Positions 5,943-14,800 of a DNA stretch of 15,455 nucleotides are shown here, piece by piece. Origin of the DNA: Candidatus Thorarchaeota archaeon (GTDB lineage Archaea > Asgardarchaeota > Thorarchaeia > Thorarchaeales > Thorarchaeaceae); the NCBI GenBank assembly GCA_016840855.1, contig JAEORO010000215.1, positions 1-15,455 of the forward strand. Reading direction: 5' to 3'. Below the pieces are notes generated by a model, which did not search any database, was not told where the DNA came from, and saw only the letters and a program-made list of their open reading frames with translations. Position 1 is the stretch's first letter. Each line of letters opens with the position of its first letter. The position numbers and the translations under genes were made by a program.

Positions 5943-6782
5943 GTGTCAATTGTTCAGACCATTTTGAAGGGAAACCATGATATAACTCCAGAAGATATTG
6001 AGCAAATTACTGGAATGGTTACAGACCTCTATCGAAACCAACCCAATGTCGTCGATTTACCAAATCGAAATGTCATCTTCGTTGGAGACCTCCACGGAGA
6101 GCTAGATTCGATTCTGAGTGTACAAAATCTGTATTTGAAATATCAGAATCATTATTTTGTTTTTCTTGGCGACTATGTAGACAGAGGCCCTGCACAAACT
6201 AGAACTTTCAATTTAGCTATGGCTCTAGCATTAAGTGATCCTAGACGCGTTCATTTACTTCGAGGAAATCATGAATCAGATGAAGTTGCTAGGCGCTATG
6301 GCTTTTATAATGAAGTTACTCGGAAATTTTCAATTGAAGTCTACAACAACTATTTGAAAGTGTTTCAAGTTCTCCCAATGGCTGCAATTAGTCCAAATAC
6401 ATTATTTGCTTGCCATGGTGGAGTACCAGAGGGAGTTGAATCCATTGATGATCTTCAGAAATGCAACAGATTCTATCCAGACTACGAAGATGATGTTTTG
6501 TTGCAGCTTGCATGGAATGACCCAAAAGACGCAGACTTTAGATTTGCAGCTAATTCACGAGGAGCCCGAGTAAAGGCATTTGGTAGAATCGCATTTAATG
6601 AATTTGTGAAAAACCTTGACATTCAAATAATGTTCAGAGCACATGAAGTATTTCCTGAGGGCTTTAAGAGGTTCTTTGATGAAAGATTGTTCAGTGTCTT
6701 TAGTGCATCATATCATGGTGCTGCTATGCCTAAGGTCTTGAGGTTAGGCGGAGATTTGAATGTAGAACCAATAGGTCTCTAG
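5943..6782 (+). CDS. PPP-family serine/threonine protein phosphatase (PP1/PP2A-like)
   Basis: GDLHG, GDYVDRG, LRGNHE, CHGG, LAWNDP, FRAHE, SVFSASY. GTG start. Confidence 0.95.
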   Translation: MSIVQTILKGNHDITPEDIEQITGMVTDLYRNQPNVVDLPNRNVIFVGDLHGELDSILSVQNLYLKYQNHYFVFLGDYVDRGPAQTRTFNLAMALALSDPRRVHLLRGNHESDEVARRYGFYNEVTRKFSIEVYNNYLKVFQVLPMAAISPNTLFACHGGVPEGVESIDDLQKCNRFYPDYEDDVLLQLAWNDPKDADFRFAANSRGARVKAFGRIAFNEFVKNLDIQIMFRAHEVFPEGFKRFFDERLFSVFSASYHGAAMPKVLRLGGDLNVEPIGL

Positions 6783-6801
6783 TGCATCTTCTACCATTGA
6801 G

Positions 6802-6814
6802 GCAACTTATTAAG
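6802..6814 (+). promoter_or_regulatory. BRE/TATA promoter for the DUF362 operon
   Basis: GCAAC-TTATTAAG about 60 nt upstream of ATG 6873. Confidence 0.5.
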
Positions 6815-6872
6815 AACAACGATTGCCAACAACGTCAAATATGGGGACCATTTTAGAGAGAGATGAAGTAAC

Positions 6873-7952
6873 ATGCCAAAAGTAGCTGTTATCAAAACTT
6901 CACCAAAGACAATCTTTGAAGATATTGCTAGAGTAATGGACTTAGCAGATTATGACAAGTTTGTATCCAAAGATGTCGCTACCACTATCAAGCTTAATCT
7001 GTCTTGGAGTAAATTATACCCTGCTTGTTCAACTAATCCGTACATATTCGATGGTCTACTTAGAAAACTAATTTCAGATGGTTTCGATAACAGAAAGATA
7101 CAAGCTGTTGAGAATGAAACAGTTGTCACAAACATCTATGCAGGTGTTAAGAACAACAATTGGTACCCCGTTATTAAGAAACATGGAATCAAGTTTCTAC
7201 CACTCATTAAAGCAACATACGTCAATGTTGACCTTCCCCAAGAAACTCTTGTAATGGAAGATATCTTTAGAGAAACTATCGCCCCGAAGGAAATCTTTGG
7301 GACAAACATAATTCATCTACCAACAATAAAGACACATGGTCACACGCAGATGACTGGAGCACTCAAAGATTCCTTTGGTCTCTATCTTACAAAGAATAGA
7401 CATTTAGCGCATTTGAAAATTCATGAGATTCTTGTAGACCTTTTGCTTATGCAACAAACAATCTCACACTCCGAGTTCGTATTAACAGATGGAACAGTAA
7501 TGGGCGACGGAGCTGGTCCTAGAACAATGATCCCCAAGATAGGCAATATACTCATAGCAACATCTGACATGGTTGCTGCAGACACAGTTCAAACAAGGCT
7601 TATGGGAATTGATCAACAGTATGTTCACAAGCTTCAGATTGCAAAGAGCTTGGGCTTAGGAGAGTCAGATCCTGAAAAAATTGAGCTTGTGGGTGATTTT
7701 GAAGCATGGAAGGATCTTCCAAACTTCAATATGAGCCCAGGCAAGAGCCCGGTTATCGCTTTTAATCGAGGATTTCTCAAGTTTCCTGGAATGGAAACAT
7801 TCTTGTTCAGGTCTCCATTGATGTGGCTTCCTACGCAGCTTTCTGGCCTATATCATGATGGAATCTGGCTTCCGCTGAAGGGCAAGAAATGGGTAAAGTG
7901 GTTCCTTGAAGAAACTGAATGGGGTAAACTTTGGAATTCATATTCAGAATGA
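6873..7952 (+). CDS. DUF362 domain protein
   Basis: TIKLNL, STNP, IIHLPTIKTHGHTQMTGALKDSFG, DGTVMGDGAGP, ATSDMVAAD-x5-LMG match the DUF362 pattern. No C-terminal ferredoxin CxxCxxC. Confidence 0.85.
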   Translation: MPKVAVIKTSPKTIFEDIARVMDLADYDKFVSKDVATTIKLNLSWSKLYPACSTNPYIFDGLLRKLISDGFDNRKIQAVENETVVTNIYAGVKNNNWYPVIKKHGIKFLPLIKATYVNVDLPQETLVMEDIFRETIAPKEIFGTNIIHLPTIKTHGHTQMTGALKDSFGLYLTKNRHLAHLKIHEILVDLLLMQQTISHSEFVLTDGTVMGDGAGPRTMIPKIGNILIATSDMVAADTVQTRLMGIDQQYVHKLQIAKSLGLGESDPEKIELVGDFEAWKDLPNFNMSPGKSPVIAFNRGFLKFPGMETFLFRSPLMWLPTQLSGLYHDGIWLPLKGKKWVKWFLEETEWGKLWNSYSE

Positions 7953-7974
7953 ATAGCTTAAGGAGAATGCGAGG

Positions 7975-8928
7975 ATGGGATACTACGAATATCTTAAACT
8001 AATGCGGCCGCACCAATGGTACAAGAACATACTCATTTTTCTACCGGTGGTGTTCGGGAGAGTACAGAATTTTGAAGAATGGTTTGATTTTGTCCTAAGA
8101 AGCATGCCTGAGCTTCTATTCGGATTTGGAATTCTCTGTGCAGTTTCAAGTGCAGGATATATTTTCAATGACATTGTTGATCTCGAAAAAGATGCCGCTC
8201 ATCCTGAGAAAAGACAGCGACCCTTACCTTCTGGTCGAGCTTCAAGATCAACTGCTAGAGCACTAGCAGCAGTGCTGCTAGTTGGGGGTCTTATACTGTC
8301 ATGGGCTCAACACGCAGGATTCTTTTTGATGGTCGTACTATACATTTTCAATAGCCAATTGTATAACTGGAAATTACGTAATTTCGCAATCATTGATGTC
8401 TGTGTGATAGCTGTTGGATTCATCATAAGAGCAATTGCTGGCACATTTTTAATAAATCAACCATTCACTTCTTGGCTTATTATTGGAGTATTTTTCGTTG
8501 CTCTTGTTCTTGGATTCGGAAAACGTGTGAATGAGCTTCAATTGCTTGGCGAAGATGCAGCAGCGCACAAACCAGTCTTTACTCAATATACTGAAACAAT
8601 GTTGAATCATGGAATATCTATGTCAGCAACTTGGGTAGTCCTGTTCTACGCTATATACTGCTATGCTAACTATCAAACGGTATTGGACACACAACCAGTC
8701 ATCATTACGGTACCAATAGTTGCAGGTATAGTGTTGAGATACGTGTTTCTGGTCTACTCTGAAAGTGATGTCGGCAGGAAACCTCACTTAGCGTTTAAAG
8801 ATAGAGGAATTCTAATTGGCAGTATTCTATTCTTCATTGCACTACTCGTTACATTGTTCTTCTACGTTGGAATTCACGATTTCCTGCTTGAGCTCTTCCC
8901 ACCGCTTTTCCCACCAATCATTCCATGA
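7975..8928 (+). CDS. UbiA-family polyprenyl-phosphate phosphoribosyltransferase (DPPR synthase-like)
   Basis: LMRPHQWYKN, SSAGYIFNDIVDLEKDAAHPEKRQRPLPSG, IDV-x2-IAVGFIIRAIAG, FGKRVNEL are hallmarks of the Rv3806c-like subfamily. Multi-pass membrane protein. GGAGA SD. Confidence 0.9.
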   Translation: MGYYEYLKLMRPHQWYKNILIFLPVVFGRVQNFEEWFDFVLRSMPELLFGFGILCAVSSAGYIFNDIVDLEKDAAHPEKRQRPLPSGRASRSTARALAAVLLVGGLILSWAQHAGFFLMVVLYIFNSQLYNWKLRNFAIIDVCVIAVGFIIRAIAGTFLINQPFTSWLIIGVFFVALVLGFGKRVNELQLLGEDAAAHKPVFTQYTETMLNHGISMSATWVVLFYAIYCYANYQTVLDTQPVIITVPIVAGIVLRYVFLVYSESDVGRKPHLAFKDRGILIGSILFFIALLVTLFFYVGIHDFLLELFPPLFPPIIP

Positions 8929-8941
8929 TAAGGTGAATATC

Positions 8942-9622
8942 TTGAGTTCAAGACTATCTGCCTTTGACTTACATATGCATACATTTCACTCTATAGATGG
9001 AATGCAGAATCCATATTCGCTCTTTAAACTCATGAAGAAAAAAAGACTTAGAGGGGTTGCACCAACTGAACATTGGCGAGCAGCGACACTTAGAGTAATT
9101 AAACGAGATGATAAATTCATTATTCCCGCCTGTGAATACAAAACAACAGATTATGGTGAAGTAATAGGGTTGTTTGTTTCTGAACACATTGAGAATAGAA
9201 CCTTTGCAGAGATTGCAGAGGATATCCATGATTGCAATGGTCTTGTTGTACTACCGCACCCAAGAGACCCCTTACGTAAGTACACTGCAATTAGACGTGG
9301 ATTGCCAGATGAGATCATCACAAAACACGTCGACTTGATTGAAGGTATCAATTCCAGGTGCATTATTGACCTGTTCAATAAAAAGGCACAGAAACTAGCC
9401 AAGCGATTGAAAAAACCAATGACTGCTGGAAGTGATGGACACACCTATTTAGAGATTGGACACGCAAAGACTTGGTTACAGGATATCGAAACATCAGAAG
9501 ATATCTATGTGGAGCTGAAACGTGGACGGACACAAATAACCGGACATCCGTCGTTCTTCTTGTTACATGTACCAACGATGCTATGGCAAAGAGTGAGGAA
9601 GATCGCATATGACAGCTGGTGA
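8942..9622 (+). CDS. PHP-family metal-dependent phosphoesterase
   Basis: FDLHMHT-x2-S-x-DG, PTEH, ACE, LPHP, IEGINSR, TAGSDGH-x3-EIG. Start re-called at in-frame TTG 8942 after the AGGTGA SD (8931-8936). Confidence 0.9.
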   Translation: MSSRLSAFDLHMHTFHSIDGMQNPYSLFKLMKKKRLRGVAPTEHWRAATLRVIKRDDKFIIPACEYKTTDYGEVIGLFVSEHIENRTFAEIAEDIHDCNGLVVLPHPRDPLRKYTAIRRGLPDEIITKHVDLIEGINSRCIIDLFNKKAQKLAKRLKKPMTAGSDGHTYLEIGHAKTWLQDIETSEDIYVELKRGRTQITGHPSFFLLHVPTMLWQRVRKIAYDSW

Positions 9623-10658
9623 AGAAATATCGAAGACCAATGAGCAGTCAATGATTAGTGCTCAGAAAGTGATTGCATTTGTGATTGTCAGTGTTATTGT
9701 TTTTGCTGCTGTCGGGCTTTATGGGCAGCTTGATGCAGTAGCATCTGCATTGGCTTCAATCCCATGGTGGTGGGTTTTACCTGCCATGATGATATTATCC
9801 TTTCTCAACTATATTATCCGATATGTGAAATGGCAATACTTCCTTCAAAGGATTCTTGTTCATCTCCCTCACAAAGATAGTTTTAGTGTATTTCTCGCAG
9901 GGTTTACATTGACAACTACACCTGGCAAGATTGGTGAAGCAATCAAGGGATATTTCATTCGTGATATTAATGGCACACCAATAGCAAAGACCGTACCAGT
10001 TGTTGTTTCTGAACGCGTGACTGACCTGCTGGCTCTTGTCCTTTTAGCTATGATAGGATTTGGAATTGGAGTTAATACAGGAGACCAGCTCTTGACAGTA
10101 CTTTTGTTAGGTGGGGCTGTTTTCATAGCGGCAATTATCTTAAGCCAAGGGACCTTCTATCAGAAAATCCTCAAGCGGTTCACATCAATCGGGCCCTTGA
10201 AACGTTTTCAGAACAGCATTGATGATGTCGAAAACACAATGAAACAAACTCTAAGCCCAAAACCACTGGTTCTAAGCACAATTGTAAGTATCCCTGGTTG
10301 GTTTATGGAGTGCTTAGAACTTTGGTTATTGCTTAGTTTGCTATCTGAATCGGTACTTCCATCACTTGAACCGGCATCACTCATCTTGCTTCTCCAAGCC
10401 ACCTTTGTTCATTCTACAGCCTCAATAATTGGAGCAGTATCCTTCCTACCGGGTGGAGTAGGAACATATGAGATTACTTCAGTCGCTCTGATTACATTCC
10501 TATTGGGACTTCCTGCTGCGCAAGCAAGCGCTGCTACTATTCTGATCCGTGTGGTGACTTTGTGGTTCAGCGTGATTGTAGGATTCATAGCTCTTGGTAT
10601 TGTAACTAGAAGAACTCGGAAAAGCTCGGTGATTAACGAGTCACCTGATAACTCTTGA
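9609..10658 (+). CDS. Lysylphosphatidylglycerol-synthase TM domain / flippase-like membrane protein (UPF0104-like)
   Basis: NYIIRYVKW, TTTPGKIGEAIKG, VVSERVTDL, SFLPGGVGTYE, ATILIRVVTLW; about 8 TM segments; overlaps the PHP gene end by 14 nt. Confidence 0.9.
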   Translation: MTAGEEISKTNEQSMISAQKVIAFVIVSVIVFAAVGLYGQLDAVASALASIPWWWVLPAMMILSFLNYIIRYVKWQYFLQRILVHLPHKDSFSVFLAGFTLTTTPGKIGEAIKGYFIRDINGTPIAKTVPVVVSERVTDLLALVLLAMIGFGIGVNTGDQLLTVLLLGGAVFIAAIILSQGTFYQKILKRFTSIGPLKRFQNSIDDVENTMKQTLSPKPLVLSTIVSIPGWFMECLELWLLLSLLSESVLPSLEPASLILLLQATFVHSTASIIGAVSFLPGGVGTYEITSVALITFLLGLPAAQASAATILIRVVTLWFSVIVGFIALGIVTRRTRKSSVINESPDNS

Positions 10659-11721
10659 CAAGCTCATGTAATTCTCTTGCGCTTTTCTTCTTCTCAAAAT
10701 GGTCGCGCAGCGGTTTCACCATTTTGTCTATATATAATACCATAGCGTTCTTCAAATCTAGTGGATGAAGTTCTCCAGCCATATAGCTCTTCTCCAACGT
10801 TTTGTAGTTCTTAAACTCTATATCTCCACCAAATTTTGGTTTGCGTTCTACTTTCATTGATTCAAATGATCTGAATACTAGGTGTTTAGCATAATCAAGT
10901 AATGGATTGCCCTTGAACTCCTCCGGAGGACAGTAAGCAGCCATTATCTTCGATTTTATCTCTTCTTCAGAGTCATGAATAAAGATGCTTGAAGACGGTT
11001 TGCTCTTGCTCATTTTTGTATCAATCATGTGCAAGTCACGTCCCACTTCATCAAGTCCTTCAGGTTCTATCGATCCCTCAAGATTGATCAACATATGATG
11101 ACTGATAACAACAGGTTTCCAAAGACCTAGTTTTGGTCCTACCTCTCTTGCCAACATATTTGCTCGTCGCTGGTCCAAGCCTAGTTGTGTTATATCAGCC
11201 TCCAGATGAAATATGTCTGAAACTTGCATCACTGGATAGAAATATTGAGCTACTTCTGACATTTCTCCTTCGCGTCGTCCCATAATTGTTAGAGCTCGAG
11301 TTGCTCGAGCTACTGTTGTAACTTTCGCAATTCTAACCACGCGTTCCCAATATTCGATGGAATCCATGACATCAGATGCAAAGAGATACTCTACTTTTTC
11401 GCTCGGAACTCCCGCTGCTTTCCAGACCTCAATGAAGTATTCTCCTGTTGTTTTTATTTTCTCGAGGTCCCCACCCATCTTGTTGTTGATCCATGCAAAC
11501 CAATCCGCAAGCCAAATCTTGAACTTAATTCCAGCTTTTATTAAATCCTTAAGAAGAAGTGGTCTAAACACTCCAAACGCAAGATGAGCTAATCCGGAAG
11601 GCTCAAACCCATCATATGCAATAGGATTGGATTTCTCCTCCAAGAGCTTTCTAAGCTCAGGCATTGTTACAACTTCTTCTCCAACACCGGCAACTAGTTT
11701 TATTCGTTCATTAAGGTCCAT
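10633..11721 (-). CDS. tyrS: Tyrosine--tRNA ligase (archaeal type)
   Basis: AYDGFEPSGLAHLA (HIGH-like), LADWFA, YPVMQVSDIF, LGLDQRRAN, KMSKS, LHPLDLK. Start re-called to ATG 11721 (MDLNERIKLV), with GAACAGTTAAG about 26 nt upstream suggesting a leaderless transcript. Confidence 0.97.
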   Translation of the reverse strand: MDLNERIKLVAGVGEEVVTMPELRKLLEEKSNPIAYDGFEPSGLAHLAFGVFRPLLLKDLIKAGIKFKIWLADWFAWINNKMGGDLEKIKTTGEYFIEVWKAAGVPSEKVEYLFASDVMDSIEYWERVVRIAKVTTVARATRALTIMGRREGEMSEVAQYFYPVMQVSDIFHLEADITQLGLDQRRANMLAREVGPKLGLWKPVVISHHMLINLEGSIEPEGLDEVGRDLHMIDTKMSKSKPSSSIFIHDSEEEIKSKIMAAYCPPEEFKGNPLLDYAKHLVFRSFESMKVERKPKFGGDIEFKNYKTLEKSYMAGELHPLDLKNAMVLYIDKMVKPLRDHFEKKKSARELHELVKSYQVTR

Positions 11722-11823
11722 GACATTTTCAAAATCAAGATACTCACTTAACTGTTCTCCAACATGATATACAATATGATAGGAACCAACTGGTAAATTA
11801 CCAGCAGGTTCCAATTCTAGTGG

Positions 11824-14800
11824 CTAATCAAGATCAATGCCGAGGCTGCTCAGAAGAGCATCAAGATCAGCCTTTGAAAGACTCTTTGCTTCTTCTAAAA
11901 TGACATCAATCTCATCTACAGCCATTCCCTTCTTGATAAGTCTCTGGCGTAAATCCTCTAGCTCCTCAGGTCGTTGTGCAAGAGGAACTTCCTCAGGTGG
12001 AAGCTCGCGTGTCGGTGGTTTAGCCAGTACATCTGCACGACGGGCTCTCTCTTGATTGATGACCTCTTTGAGAAAGCCTGGACGTTCACTAGCTTTCATT
12101 CTAGCAAGATCAGCTCTAAATGCATCAATTTCAGAAGCGCCAAGACCTGTGATAGCAGCTAGCTCCTCAAGCAATTCATTGACTTCTGGAACTGTTGTTA
12201 TAATCGGATACTCTGCAACTTCACTCGGCTCTTTATTGAGTTTCATCGAATGAATTTCTTCATTCACTATCGCCATTGTTATATTCTGTCTACCTGCAAC
12301 ATGTGGAGGTCTTGGAATGCGGCCCTTAGCAAGAGCTCGAATCATTTTATTCATTTGTCTGATTTGCTTTGGTACACTCCATACTTTCACATAGGCGACG
12401 ATGAGTAAAGCGATGAGAATCAGAGCGGACCCGCCGCCAATTGTCAATAATTGTTGGAACTGCTGCTCTGCTGATATGTCAGACTTGATTATCAACACAA
12501 ATTGACGGGTTTCATAATCTTCCATCTGGAAGAATATGGTGACAGTGAAAGTCCTCCCAGTTTCTGCTCGAAACCACAGGGTGTATGTACCATCTTCATC
12601 AAGGGTTTGAGTTTCTAAGTAGGTTATGTTTTCATAGCTATATGATACAGAAATGTTTGCGTTGGAAATGCCAACTTGATGATCAAGATCGTAATATGTG
12701 ATAACAACAGGGAACGTTTCACCTGGAGAGGTATACACGGTATTGTTAGAATATAGCAGTATTGTATGTATTTGCCGGACTATGACGTCAAGATGAAGTG
12801 GTGCAATGGTATACTTCGTTGTTTCAAATGCAATATCAAAGCTATATGTCCCATATGGTAAATCTCCAGCTAAATTGAGTGAGTATGAGCCATTCACCAA
12901 AAGCTGAAGCTCAATGTCACCTAGTTGCGTTGAATATGCGGTTCCAATCACATCAATTATCGATGAGTTGTCTAAGAGGCTAATGACGTTGTAGATGATG
13001 CTAGTTTGATCATTAATTGGAATTGAATATTCAGTTGGACCTCGAATTTCTGCGGGAGTTGCATACACTTCTATTTTGGCTGTAACAGTTCTAGATGTGT
13101 AATTCGTTAGTGAAAATCTGACAACCAAGTCGTAAAGCCCAGGATTTTCGACATCAATTAGTACAGCAACCTCATATGATCCATTTGGATGAGAGGTGAC
13201 ATCAACTTCACTACCTTCCCAACTAGCAATTATATTGGCTCCAGTAACTAGAGAATTATGTTGAGTATCATTGTAATAGAACAAGTATGAAACTGTATCA
13301 CCGTAGTAGCCACTCTGGAGGATAGGTGTAGCAAATGCCTGTGTGGGAATGGGTAGAATAGTAATAACTATTGATTTGAGTGCAGTTGAGTACCCTGCTT
13401 TCACCGCAGTCATCCTTAGATAGATTGATTGAGAAGCTAGTGTACTTACATCAATCGTAACACTATAAGATCCATTTAATTCATCGATGAATGATCCACT
13501 GAGACTACCAATTGTATATGTGACATTGGCTCCAATGACCAGAACACCATGGAATGTATCATTATAGACAGCTCGTAACCATAATGTATCTCCAAAGAAG
13601 ACATAGCGGATAGACGTGCCATCAATCAATGCGACAGTGGTTGGAATTGGGACTATGTTAATATCAATTTCAGTTTCAATGAACTGGAGATTAGTAATAA
13701 CAGCTCTGATAATTACAGGATAATGACCAACTGCAAAACCTGTAACATCCACAGATCCTGAATACCAACCTGGAACGCCCGTAGGTGTCATGCTGAAAAC
13801 GGATCCATTCCACTCCAGTGTGGTAGTAGCACCAATAACTGGAGCATTTGTAATTGTGTTATTCAAATAAACTTCGAAATCGATTACATTGTTGATCACA
13901 GCTGTATATGTCGATTGATAAGGAATAATTTGGCCTGGAGCTTTTGAAACCACCATTGTGAATGATTTCTGTCTAGTCTGATAGAATTCACGCGATGCTG
14001 TGATTTGTGGACTGTAAATACCAAAATCTGAATCAGATGTGTCGAGAAGTAGGTAATAGAATCCATTACCAGCGTCAATGAAGGAATAGATCTCTCCATT
14101 CCATAGAAGAGTTGAGGTGAATCCGTCAACAAATGTCATGTAAAAGGGTTCTTGAATCCAGAAACTAATGTTGAGAATTTCACCCCAGTCAGCATAATAG
14201 GTTGATTTGGTGAGGACAATCTGGACAAGTTGTGCACCAGGCTGAACAGTAACTAAAGCTTGAGCGGTTTGGAAGAAGGGCTTTACAGCAGTAACTGTGA
14301 AAATATATTGTTGAGCAAGTAGACCGATTGTTTCCAGTGTGAGCGAGTAAGTCCCATCGCCAGTTTCATTCCAGTCAAATGAGTTCCCGGTTATATCAGT
14401 CCAATCAGAATCAATTATAGCTCCCTCGAGAGAAACATCATGATCAAAATCAATCAATGTTAGAACAACGATAATGTCAACGCCGATAGCTGTTGATCCA
14501 GCTGGTGGAGCCTCCGCGATTAATGATGTTTGAACCTGTCGTATCTGAGCTCGAATATTCAGTGCATCTCTATTTGAGTAGAATGGCACACCACTCCAAG
14601 AGAATGAGATATTGAAATACACTGAGCCGGTTGACCCAAACACAGTAGTATTCACAAGTAATTGATAGGCACCATTCCCTAGTCTGACTACTTGATACAT
14701 GGGACTCGACCAGTTGGTTGAGGACAATGTAACCATTGCTCCATCTATTCCAGCCCCTGAGAGGTAGTCTTTGAACTGAAGATTAATGGTGATGTTATCA

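Noticed and set aside
5374-5949. 191-aa antisense ORF and other short shadow ORFs inside long genes
   Set aside because: They lie opposite or within well-supported genes and have no motifs of their own.
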